From positions 1 to 32,262 of the forward strand of contig CAZESW010000001.1 in NCBI GenBank assembly GCA_964514795.1: DNA of 32,262 bases, in the 5' to 3' direction. The notes below the pieces were generated by a model. It saw only the letters and a list, made by a program, of their open reading frames with translations. It was not told the origin of the DNA and did no database searches. Of the stretch, positions 1 to 8,237 are shown piece by piece (the first letter of the stretch is position 1; each line of letters begins with the position of its first letter). The DNA comes from an uncultured Alistipes sp. Its GTDB lineage: Bacteria; Bacteroidota; Bacteroidia; Bacteroidales; Rikenellaceae. The translations under genes and the position numbers were made by a program.

Positions 1-168
1 GAATTGGGAATTGGGAATGCGGAATTCCGAATTAAGAATTCCGAACTAAGAATTAGGAATTGGGAATTGGGAATGCGGAATTCCGAATTAAGAATTCCGA
101 ACTAAGAATTAGGAATTGGGAATTGGGAATGCGGAATTCCGAATTAAGAATTCCGAACTAAGAATTAA
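1..168. repeat. Tandem repeat: 3 copies of a 56-bp unit, each made of 8 GAA(T/C)NNN heptamers; probably continues left of the window
   Basis: Unit gaattgg-gaattgg-gaatgcg-gaattcc-gaattaa-gaattcc-gaactaa-gaattag at 1-56, 57-112 and 113-168 (last base differs in copy 3). It ends 6 bp before the hsdR ATG. Confidence 0.97.
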
Positions 169-174
169 ATAAAG

Positions 175-3100
175 ATGAGAAACTTCGATTACCTGAAAGA
201 GCTTGACAATCTTACGGATCTGTACAACTACTGCAATGCAGCGGAGGTTACGCAGGTGAAGGATCCCGACAAGTCGGCGCTCAACAGCCGGCGGGCGTTG
301 GAGTGGCTGGTGCGTGCAATCTACGAGATGAAAGGCATCGAGGTGGACAGGGACAACCGCCGTGCATCGCTGTTCGAACTGGTGGACGGCGAGCCGTTCA
401 GGGAGTTCGTCGGCGACGATATGCTGATGAAGTCGGTGCACTATATCCGCAAGGCGGGCAACCGTGCGGCACACCTGGGTGCAGCGACGCGGAAAGAGGC
501 GTTCTTCGCACTGCTCAATCTCTATAATTTCGTCGGCGCGGTGCTCGTGAAGCTGCGGGTAATCGAGAATTTCGCCGATTTCGACCGCACGCTGGTGCCG
601 TCGTATTCGCCTATGCACGTCGCGGCGGCACCGCAGCCGCAGCCCGACCGCTCGTTCGTCGAGAGCGTGGACGTGTCGAAGATTGCGGATGAGCCGGTCG
701 AACGGCGCGCGACGGGAATCTCGGAGGCGGAGACTCGCCGCTACTTCGTCGATATGATGCTGCGCGAAGCGGGCTGGGAGGTCGCGACGACGAACGGAGC
801 AATCGCCCCGCTGCGGGCATGCGTCGAGGTCGAAGTGGATGGCATGCCGAACGCTTCGGGCCGCGGATATGCCGACTACGTGCTGTTCGGTGCGGACTGC
901 CTCCCGCTGGCGGTTATCGAGGCGAAGAGCACGAGCCGCTCGGTGGCGGAGGGCAGGCAACAGGCGGCGCTTTATGCCGACTGCCTCGAACGCCGCTACG
1001 GAGTGCGCCCCGTAATATACTGCACCAACGGCTACCGCACGGAGGTCGTGGACGGGCTGGGCTATCCTGCGCGTAACGTGTACGGCTACCATACTGCCGG
1101 GGAGCTCGAACTGCTGATACAGCGCAGGGGGCGTTCGGCGATTACGAATCTGGCGGTGAACGACGCAATCACGAACCGCGAGTACCAGAAACGCGCCGTC
1201 CGCAAGGTGTGCGAGCGCTTCAACGGCAATTTCCGCCGTATGCTGCTGACAATGGCGACGGGTACGGGCAAGACGCGAGTGGCGATTTCGCTTACCGACG
1301 TGCTTGTGCGCAACAACTGGGTGAAAAACGTGCTGTTTCTCGCCGACCGCACGGCGCTCGTGAAGCAGGCGGCGAAGAACTTCGCCAGACTGCTGCCGTC
1401 GGCGACGACCTGCATCCTGTCGGAGGATGCCAAACCCGACATGAAGGCGCGCGTGATGTTCAGCACCTATCAGACGATGATAAATTATATCGACGGCGAC
1501 ACGAAGGAGTTCTCGGTCGGACGCTTCGACCTCGTAATCGTCGATGAGGCGCACCGCTCGGTATTCGGCAAATATACGTCGATACTCGACTACTTCGATG
1601 CGCTGCTTGTCGGACTTACCGCGACTCCGCGTGACGACGTGGACCGCAGCACGTTCGACCTGTTCGGAGTCGATGCGGCGCAGACGTTCGCATACGAGTA
1701 CGGCGAAGCTGTGAGGGACGGCTATCTCGTGCCGTACAATGCTCTGAAACGCGGTACGCTGATTCTGAAATCGGGCATAGTCTACAACCGGCTGAGCGAC
1801 GAGGAGAAAGAGCAGATGGAGACCGTGTGGCGCTACGAGAAGGCGCGCAAGGCGCTGGACGACGGCGACGATTACAGCCGCAACATCGACAACAAGGAGA
1901 TTTTCCGCTACATATTCAATACGGACACGGTGGACAAGGTGTTGCAGGACACGATGAAGTGCGGACTGCGGGTGCAGAGCGGCGAATGTATCGGCAAGAC
2001 GATAATCTTCGCCTACAACCACCGCCATGCCGAGATGATTGTCGAGCGGTTCGGCGCGCTGTATCCGGAGTACGGAGCGGATTTCTGCGTGCTGATAGAC
2101 AATTACGTGAATTATGCGCAGAACCTTATAGACAATTTCGGGTTCCGCGACAAACTGCCGCAGATTGCCGTGTCGGTCGATATGCTCGATACGGGCATCG
2201 ATGTTCCGGACGTACTGAATCTGGTGTTCTTCAAGCCCGTTCGCTCGAAGATAAAGTTCATGCAGATGATTGGCCGCGGAACACGTCTGTCGGAGAATGT
2301 TTTCGGTGCGGGGCAGCACAAGGCGTATTTCAACATCTTCGACTGGTGCGACAACTTCGGATATTTCAGTCTCAATCCCGACGGCCGGGAGAGCGCTCCC
2401 GCTCCGTCGCTTACGGAGCGGCTGTTCGGCGTGCGGCTGGATATCGCAGTGGCATTGCAGGGCGCCGAGTACCGTCGGGACGAGTTCGCCGTGTCGCTGC
2501 ACGACCGAATCAAGACCGAATTGCGCGGACAGGTGGCGGAGCTGAACGAGGCCCGCATCGACGTCCGGACGAAGATTGAAACGGTGGACAGGTTCCGTAA
2601 GGCGGAGAGCTGGACATGCGTATCGCCGGTCGATGCCGCTGCACTGAAAGAGGAGATTGCTCCGCTGCTGGTGCGTCATTCGGGCGACGAGGCGGCGAAG
2701 AAATTCGACCTGCTGATGCTGAACGTCGAGTTGTCGAGGGTGGTTGCAGGTGTTGATGCCTCTGCCGGCAAGCACAGGGTCGTGCAGATTGCAAGACTGC
2801 TGCGCGAGCGGGCCTCGCATCCGTCCGTGGCGGCGAAAATCGCGACGATAGACGAGGTGCTGTCGCCGGATTTCTGGCACGAGCCGTCGCTCGGCGACCT
2901 CGAACGGGTGCGCACGGAGTTGCGCGACATAGTGCGGCTTATCGTCGGTGAGGGCGGTCGCACGTTTACCGTGAATATCGAGGATGCTGTGGTGGAGTCG
3001 GGCGAGGCCGAACCGTTCGTGCCGAAGATGACGTACCGCCAGTGCGTCATGGAGTATCTGGCGCAGAACAGGGATTTGCCGGTGATTCGCAAAATCATGA

Positions 3101-3507
3101 ATATCGAACAGCTCGACGGCGGCGATGTGCTCGAACTCGAACGCATACTGTGGAAGGAGCTTGGCACGAAGGAGGACTATCGCCGATACGTCGCCGAGGG
3201 TCGTATAATGTGCGGCGACAGTGTGGCGGTGTTCATCCGCTCGATTGTCGGTATCGACCGCAAAATCGCCGTCCGCAGATTCTCCGATTTCCTGTCGGGA
3301 CACGTGCTCAACTCGGAGCAGGAGGAGTATCTGAAAACAATCATCGACTACGTGTGCCGGAACGGCGACATCACGCTGGACGACATAGTCGGCAAATCGC
3401 CGTTCGATTCATTCGACTGGGGGCAGACCTTCGGCGAATATGTCGGATGCGTGAGGGACTATGTGAACGTGCTGCACGGTTCGATAATTCCGGACAATGT
3501 CGCTTAG
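175..3507 (+). CDS. hsdR: Type I restriction enzyme R subunit (EcoEI-like, DEAD/DEAH helicase-nuclease)
   Basis: 1110 aa. Nuclease motif ADYVLF...AVIEAK, Walker A MATGTGKT, DEAHRS, GLTATP, MLDTGID and QMIGRGTR helicase motifs. N-terminal SALNSRRALE...RKAGNRAAH region resembles DUF4145. Confidence 0.93.
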   Translation: MRNFDYLKELDNLTDLYNYCNAAEVTQVKDPDKSALNSRRALEWLVRAIYEMKGIEVDRDNRRASLFELVDGEPFREFVGDDMLMKSVHYIRKAGNRAAHLGAATRKEAFFALLNLYNFVGAVLVKLRVIENFADFDRTLVPSYSPMHVAAAPQPQPDRSFVESVDVSKIADEPVERRATGISEAETRRYFVDMMLREAGWEVATTNGAIAPLRACVEVEVDGMPNASGRGYADYVLFGADCLPLAVIEAKSTSRSVAEGRQQAALYADCLERRYGVRPVIYCTNGYRTEVVDGLGYPARNVYGYHTAGELELLIQRRGRSAITNLAVNDAITNREYQKRAVRKVCERFNGNFRRMLLTMATGTGKTRVAISLTDVLVRNNWVKNVLFLADRTALVKQAAKNFARLLPSATTCILSEDAKPDMKARVMFSTYQTMINYIDGDTKEFSVGRFDLVIVDEAHRSVFGKYTSILDYFDALLVGLTATPRDDVDRSTFDLFGVDAAQTFAYEYGEAVRDGYLVPYNALKRGTLILKSGIVYNRLSDEEKEQMETVWRYEKARKALDDGDDYSRNIDNKEIFRYIFNTDTVDKVLQDTMKCGLRVQSGECIGKTIIFAYNHRHAEMIVERFGALYPEYGADFCVLIDNYVNYAQNLIDNFGFRDKLPQIAVSVDMLDTGIDVPDVLNLVFFKPVRSKIKFMQMIGRGTRLSENVFGAGQHKAYFNIFDWCDNFGYFSLNPDGRESAPAPSLTERLFGVRLDIAVALQGAEYRRDEFAVSLHDRIKTELRGQVAELNEARIDVRTKIETVDRFRKAESWTCVSPVDAAALKEEIAPLLVRHSGDEAAKKFDLLMLNVELSRVVAGVDASAGKHRVVQIARLLRERASHPSVAAKIATIDEVLSPDFWHEPSLGDLERVRTELRDIVRLIVGEGGRTFTVNIEDAVVESGEAEPFVPKMTYRQCVMEYLAQNRDLPVIRKIMNIEQLDGGDVLELERILWKELGTKEDYRRYVAEGRIMCGDSVAVFIRSIVGIDRKIAVRRFSDFLSGHVLNSEQEEYLKTIIDYVCRNGDITLDDIVGKSPFDSFDWGQTFGEYVGCVRDYVNVLHGSIIPDNVA

Positions 3508-3550
3508 GCGGATGATTTAAGGCCTGACCGGCAAAAACAAGATAAAGGTG

Positions 3551-3691
3551 CGTTTTAGATACTCCCGTTCGGGAATGCTCAAATAAATTTGGCATTCCGC
3601 TCACTTATTCGTATCTTTAACTTCGTTTTAGATACTCTCGTTCGGGAATGCTCAAATAAATTTGGCATTCCGCTCACTTATTCGTATCTTT
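3551..3691. repeat. Direct repeat, 2 x 68 bp with a 73-bp period and an internal palindrome (REP-like)
   Basis: cgttttagatactc(c/t)cgttcgggaatgctcaaataaatttggcattccgctcacttattcgtatcttt at 3551-3618 and 3624-3691, one mismatch. Each copy contains a ggaatgc...gcattcc stem. Confidence 0.95.
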
Positions 3692-3692
3692 G
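3661..3692 (+). promoter_or_regulatory. Bacteroidetes housekeeping-sigma promoter (-33/-7) for the nuclease pair
   Basis: TTTG (3661-3664), a 20-nt spacer and TATCTTTG (3685-3692) match TTTG-N19-21-TAnnTTTG; 37 bp lie between it and ATG 3730. Confidence 0.75.
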
Positions 3693-3729
3693 ATTGCCTT
3701 TTCGGGGCATAAAAACAAATGAATAGAGT

Positions 3730-4509
3730 ATGAAAAAGACCATTATTCTTACACTTGCGGCCGTTGCTCTGTTGCCGCAGACCGTTTTTGCATGGGGCAC
3801 GCTGGGGCATGCGACGGTAATCAAAATCGCCGAACGCCATCTCACGGACAAGACGAAGGCGAACATCGCGAAATACATGCCTTACGACCTGAAAACCGAT
3901 GCCGTGTGGATGGACAAGCACCGCTGGGACGAGGAGTATGCCTATACGGGACGCTGGCACGGCTGCTATGTAGACCCCGTAACCTGCAAATACGATATGG
4001 ACCGCAGCGCCGTGAGCGACGATATAGTCCGCGGTATGGAGGTCGTGGAGCACAATCTGCGCAACTATCGCAATCTGACCGACTCGGCGGTGAACATGAA
4101 TCTGAAACTCATTCTCCACATGGTCGGCGACATGCATTGCCCGGTGCACAACCACTACGGACGCAAAGAGATGTGGCCGTGCACGCTCAACGGCGAGCCG
4201 TACAAGAAATTCCACACCGTGTACGACCGTATGCCGCAGCTCGTTCACGGTGACATCACTCCCGAACAACTCGCCGCGAAACTCGATACCTTCACGAAAA
4301 GCGAAATCCGCAAGACGCAGAAGGGTAGCTACGAGGATTGGATTTACGACTGCGCGGCGCAGTGCAAGGTTCTCTATGAGTGGAACCCTTACGATACGGA
4401 GGTGCTGAATCCCAAAACAGTCGAACTGTCGGCGGAACTCTCCGATGCCCAGCTGCGCAATGCGGGCTACCGTCTGGCGCGTTTGCTCAATGAATTTTTC
4501 GGCAAATAA
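3730..4509 (+). CDS. Secreted S1/P1 family nuclease
   Basis: Signal peptide, then mature N-terminus WGTLGH; AVWMDKHR, WH, HMVGDMHCPVH, FHTVYD and AGYRLA match the trinuclear-Zn ligand pattern of P1 nuclease. Confidence 0.9.
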   Translation: MKKTIILTLAAVALLPQTVFAWGTLGHATVIKIAERHLTDKTKANIAKYMPYDLKTDAVWMDKHRWDEEYAYTGRWHGCYVDPVTCKYDMDRSAVSDDIVRGMEVVEHNLRNYRNLTDSAVNMNLKLILHMVGDMHCPVHNHYGRKEMWPCTLNGEPYKKFHTVYDRMPQLVHGDITPEQLAAKLDTFTKSEIRKTQKGSYEDWIYDCAAQCKVLYEWNPYDTEVLNPKTVELSAELSDAQLRNAGYRLARLLNEFFGK

Positions 4510-4541
4510 TAACCAAAAACCATTATAACACAAAACCGTTT

Positions 4542-5318
4542 ATGAAAAAATTTCTTTTGCTTGCCGCAGCAAGCGTATTGTTCGCCCAAAGCGCGATGGC
4601 TTGGGGCAAACTCGGACACGAGGTGGTAATCAAGGTCGCCGAGCGTCATTTGACCAAAAAGACCAAGGCGAATATCGCCAAATATATGTCCTACGACCTG
4701 AAAACCGACGCCGTATGGATGGACAAGCACCGCCGCGACAAGGAAATCGCCTATACGACGGCTTGGCATGTCTACAATGTCGGCGACGACCACAACTACG
4801 ACCCGAATCCGCGTCTGATGAAGGGCGACGTTATGACGGGTGTGCGCACGGCCGACTATAACCTGCGCAACTATCAGAAACTTACCGACTCGGCGGTCGT
4901 TATGAACCTGCGGATGATTCTCCATTTCATCGGCGACATGCACTGCCCGACGCACTCCTATTTCCCGGGTCCTCGCTGCTTCTGGAAATGTTCGCTCAAC
5001 GGCAAGGAGCAGAAGTCGTTCCACGGCGTATACGACAACATGCCGTCGTTCCTCTACAAGAAGACTTCCGCAGAAACCGTTGCAAAGCAGATTGACAACC
5101 TCAAAAAAAGTGAAATCAAGAAGATTCAGGACGGAACGTTCTACGACTGGATTAAGGATTGCGCCGACAACAACTGCGTGATTTATGCGTGGAATCCGTT
5201 CAACACCGAGGAACTCAACCCTAATACGGTCGAACTCTCTCGCGATCTTGTAAATACCCAGATGCGCAACGCGGGCTATCGTCTGGCACTGCTGCTCAAC
5301 GAGTATTTCGGCAAATAA
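4542..5318 (+). CDS. Secreted S1/P1 family nuclease (paralog)
   Basis: AMA|WGKLGH, AVWMDKHR, WH, HFIGDMHCPTH, FHGVYD, AGYRLA; colinear with the preceding gene. Confidence 0.9.
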   Translation: MKKFLLLAAASVLFAQSAMAWGKLGHEVVIKVAERHLTKKTKANIAKYMSYDLKTDAVWMDKHRRDKEIAYTTAWHVYNVGDDHNYDPNPRLMKGDVMTGVRTADYNLRNYQKLTDSAVVMNLRMILHFIGDMHCPTHSYFPGPRCFWKCSLNGKEQKSFHGVYDNMPSFLYKKTSAETVAKQIDNLKKSEIKKIQDGTFYDWIKDCADNNCVIYAWNPFNTEELNPNTVELSRDLVNTQMRNAGYRLALLLNEYFGK

Positions 5319-5335
5319 TCGCGGATTGTCCGCAC

Positions 5336-5370
5336 GAAAAAAGGCTGTCTTGCAGAAGACAGCCTTTTTC
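5336..5370. terminator. Bidirectional intrinsic terminator
   Basis: aaaaaggctgtctt-gcag-aagacagccttttt between convergent genes, with A/T tracts on both sides. Confidence 0.9.
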
Positions 5371-5387
5371 GTTCCGGTCGGTAATCG

Positions 5388-7043
5388 CTATCGCTTTATC
5401 GACGGCATTGCGAATGCCTTCCTCGGTGCGATGCGCTTGGCCGGCTGCGCAGCCGCACGGCTCTGTCTGCCGATTTTGGCAGCCTGCTTGTGCATCTTGT
5501 GTGCAGTCGAGAATACTGCCAGAGCGCCGAAATCGCTTTCGTCCTCGGCGACAGGCATCTTGCCGCTCCACGAGCCGTTGAATTCATTATACAACTCGTC
5601 CAGGAGCTCGAAACTTACGGTGGTGATGTCGCCCTCCTTCGCGAGTTTCACCCAGCCTTCGATTGCTGCGGCGTAATCTTGAACATATCCTTCATTGTCC
5701 ATTGTCGCAAGGCTGATATACCATGTTCCGAGCATGCCGAACATAGGGTCGTCCTCTCCCATGACGAATCCGACGCCGTAATCGACGCTCATGTTGTACT
5801 GCTTCTCCGGGAGCGGAATCTCGGTTTTCGACGTGTTCGGGGTGATAAGCTCGATTATGATGCCGTCACCTGCCGAGTCGCCGATTTCGAGCACCCAGTT
5901 CGCGAGTCCGTTCTCGTAGAAGTCGCCGTAATATGCGAGAGATACCTCGTCGGCTTTCGAGAGGTCGAGCGTGTAGTCGCCGGTGAGCGTCGTGGTCGGA
6001 TCCTGCTGCGGCGACTGGTCTTCGAAATAAATCTCGCCCGTGTACGTTCCCTTGACCGAAACTCCTTCGGCGGTCGTCAGGTCGAGCACGAACTTGTAGC
6101 CGTCGAATCCGTACTCCGATACGGTTACCGTTCCGCCGGTGATGACGCTGAGTTCATCTGCCTCACCGTCGGCATCGACCTTGGCGCAGAACGAACCGTA
6201 TATCTCTCCGAGGAAGATTTCGCCCGGCTCGACAGTGCCGATTTCGTAGGTGTCGGCCACCGTGTAGGTGCCCGGTTCGAGGTATATGAAGGAGTTGCAA
6301 GGCTCGGCATACATCGTCAGAACGACATTGTAACCCGCCGCCGTCATCATGTAGTCGTCGTCGAGAGCCACATCCGACAGTCCGACCATGAACGTCGCCG
6401 TTCCCGTGCCGTACTGGTCGCCGCCATATACGCCTACCGCGCTGATAAGGTTCAGGTCTACCGGATTTTTGAGTGCCGGCAAATCACCCTCCGTTTCGTC
6501 GGGGTCGCCGAATACGAGTGCGCCTTTGTAGATGCAGGACAGCGTTTGGCCGTCGATGAGGGTGAATGTCGCCTGGAGCAGCTTGCCCTCCGAGCAGTCG
6601 GATACCGAAAGCGAACCTTCGGTGAAATCGACGCTCTTCTGTGCGCCGTTGTCCCAGATTTGCAGACGTGTGAAGTAATTGTTCAGCGTGCCCGCGGCGT
6701 TCGTGTCGGCGAGGATATATTTGCCGTTAGGCAGCACCGCAGTCTCGAACGACTCGGCTCCCTTGTCGCTGTAAAGGTCGAAGAATATGATGTGTCCTCC
6801 CTCCGGAGCAGCGTCGTCGCCCTGCTCGTCCTTGATGAATTCGGAGTCGCCGAGTCCGAAGTAGTAGTTGTAGACGCCTTCGGTCTTCCGGTCGCCGTAG
6901 TAGAGCACCTTCGTGGTGCGGTCCATTGTGATTTCTATGTCCGCCTTGACAGGAGGAAAATCGTCTTTCTGTTTCTCTTCTTTTTCGCACGATGCGAATA
7001 CGGCAGCAGTGAACAGAATTGCTGCAAGGAATAATTTTTTCAT
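5388..7043 (-). CDS. Acidic lipoprotein with three internal repeat domains, function unknown
   Basis: MKKLFLAAILFTAAVFAS-C lipobox followed by charged EKEEKQKDD; repeats begin LYYGD..., VYGGD... and AYYGD...; basic C-terminal tail. Confidence 0.8.
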   Translation of the reverse strand: MKKLFLAAILFTAAVFASCEKEEKQKDDFPPVKADIEITMDRTTKVLYYGDRKTEGVYNYYFGLGDSEFIKDEQGDDAAPEGGHIIFFDLYSDKGAESFETAVLPNGKYILADTNAAGTLNNYFTRLQIWDNGAQKSVDFTEGSLSVSDCSEGKLLQATFTLIDGQTLSCIYKGALVFGDPDETEGDLPALKNPVDLNLISAVGVYGGDQYGTGTATFMVGLSDVALDDDYMMTAAGYNVVLTMYAEPCNSFIYLEPGTYTVADTYEIGTVEPGEIFLGEIYGSFCAKVDADGEADELSVITGGTVTVSEYGFDGYKFVLDLTTAEGVSVKGTYTGEIYFEDQSPQQDPTTTLTGDYTLDLSKADEVSLAYYGDFYENGLANWVLEIGDSAGDGIIIELITPNTSKTEIPLPEKQYNMSVDYGVGFVMGEDDPMFGMLGTWYISLATMDNEGYVQDYAAAIEGWVKLAKEGDITTVSFELLDELYNEFNGSWSGKMPVAEDESDFGALAVFSTAHKMHKQAAKIGRQSRAAAQPAKRIAPRKAFAMPSIKR

Positions 7044-7148
7044 CGCGTTTTTCTTTTTTGCCTCCGCAGAGGCGTGTTAAACAATATGTAAGGCGGACCG
7101 GAAAATGTTTCGGCTGAAATCGTACGAAATCCGCTCATAACCTGCGTG

Positions 7149-7156
7149 CAAATATA
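7149..7156 (-). promoter_or_regulatory. Putative -7 promoter box for the lipoprotein gene
   Basis: Reverse strand reads TATATTTG (TAnnTTTG) about 105 bp upstream of ATG 7043; no clean -33 element seen. Confidence 0.55.
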
Positions 7157-7259
7157 AGTAATAAAACGATATGGAAATGCGCGTGTGCGAAATTTGTGCC
7201 CGTATGGCGGAATATGTCCGAAAAAGTCTTAATTTCGCATATCGAAAACAACCGAAAAT

Positions 7260-7802
7260 ATGATAGACAAGATTTTGGAGCACAATCGACGTTTCGTCGA
7301 GGAGAAGGGATACGAACGGTTCATCACCGACAAGTATCCGAACAAACGCATCGCGATAGTGACCTGCATGGATACACGTCTCGTGGAACTGCTGCCTGCG
7401 GCGCTCGGATTCCGCAACGGCGACGTGAAGATTATCAAGAATGCGGGTGCGACCATCACCAACCCGTTCGACAGTACGGTGCGCAGCCTGCTCGTGGCGA
7501 TATACGAACTCGGGGTCGAGGAGGTGATGATAATCGGACATACCGAGTGCGGCGTTCAGGGCATGGACAGCGCGGAGATGCAGCATGCCATGCGCGAACG
7601 GGGCATTTCGGAGCAGCATATCAATCTGATGAAACACTGCGGCATCGACCTCGACAGCTGGCTCCACGGCTTCGACGACACCGAATCGGCAATCCTCGAA
7701 ACGGTCGATTTGGTGCGCAACCATCCGCTCGTTCCGGACGATATCGTCGTCAAGGGCTATATCATGGACTCGACGACCGGCGAACTCCGCCCGATAGAGT
7801 AG
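7260..7802 (+). CDS. Beta-class carbonic anhydrase
   Basis: 180 aa with Zn ligands TCMDTR and GHTECG, plus the IKNAG motif. Confidence 0.93.
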   Translation: MIDKILEHNRRFVEEKGYERFITDKYPNKRIAIVTCMDTRLVELLPAALGFRNGDVKIIKNAGATITNPFDSTVRSLLVAIYELGVEEVMIIGHTECGVQGMDSAEMQHAMRERGISEQHINLMKHCGIDLDSWLHGFDDTESAILETVDLVRNHPLVPDDIVVKGYIMDSTTGELRPIE

Positions 7803-7821
7803 TGGCAAATGTAATAATCTT

Positions 7822-7854
7822 AGCACCCTGCGATAAATTTTATCGCAGGGTGCT
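7822..7854. terminator. Strong hairpin, probable terminator after the carbonic anhydrase gene
   Basis: agcaccctgcgataaa-t-tttatcgcagggtgct, perfect 16-bp arms; the following U-tract is short. Confidence 0.75.
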
Positions 7855-7924
7855 TTATTGTCATTATCTACACAATAAATACGATGATAATTATTGACAG
7901 GTAGCGCTATAAGCGATGCTTCAT

Positions 7925-8196
7925 ATCTCTACACAAGAGATTTTGCAAAGTTATCACAAAAATCATTAAATCAAAACATTTGTAAAAAATAAATATTATT
8001 ATTTATTTGATTTCATAAAACATACGGACATTGATCGTATTCCAATTTTCTGTTTTGGGTATATATTGTTTTATATGTGTATTTGGATGTTCTTAATGAA
8101 CAATAAACCCTGTTTTTAATACATATATCCGTCGTATCCGCTTAATTCATTTATTCATAGTGCTTTATCCGCTTGCAAAATCTCTTGTGTAGAGAT
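7925..8196. promoter_or_regulatory. Candidate invertible promoter (inverton): 24-bp perfect inverted repeats flanking 224 bp
   Basis: IR-L atctctacacaagagattttgcaa (7925-7948) is the exact reverse complement of IR-R ttgcaaaatctcttgtgtagagat (8173-8196). Inside, the minus strand carries TTTG (7972-7975), an 18-nt spacer and TAACTTTG (7946-7953). Confidence 0.8.
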
Positions 8197-8237
8197 CGGT
8201 GGCGGATTATAATTACTAATAAAATATATTTAGCACT

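Noticed and set aside
1-168. Possible CRISPR array
   Set aside because: Units are contiguous and identical, with no unique spacers and no cas genes.
109-3303. 1064-aa minus-strand ORF
   Set aside because: Antisense shadow of GC-rich hsdR with no recognisable motifs.
3551-3691. Possible mini-CRISPR
   Set aside because: Only two 68-bp copies separated by 5 bp; repeat too long and no spacer.
5490-7034. 514-aa plus-strand ORF
   Set aside because: Antisense to the lipoprotein gene, which has a clear lipobox, promoter box and terminator.
7196-7897. 233-aa plus-strand and 249-aa minus-strand ORFs over the carbonic anhydrase gene
   Set aside because: Alternative frames without motifs; the 7260-7802 frame has all Zn ligands.
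7925-8196. MITE or IS remnant as explanation for the 24-bp inverted repeats
   Set aside because: No target-site duplication (flanks ...cttcat / cggtgg...) and no transposase fragment; the promoter box straddling the IR fits an inverton better. Not fully excluded without a genome-wide copy search.
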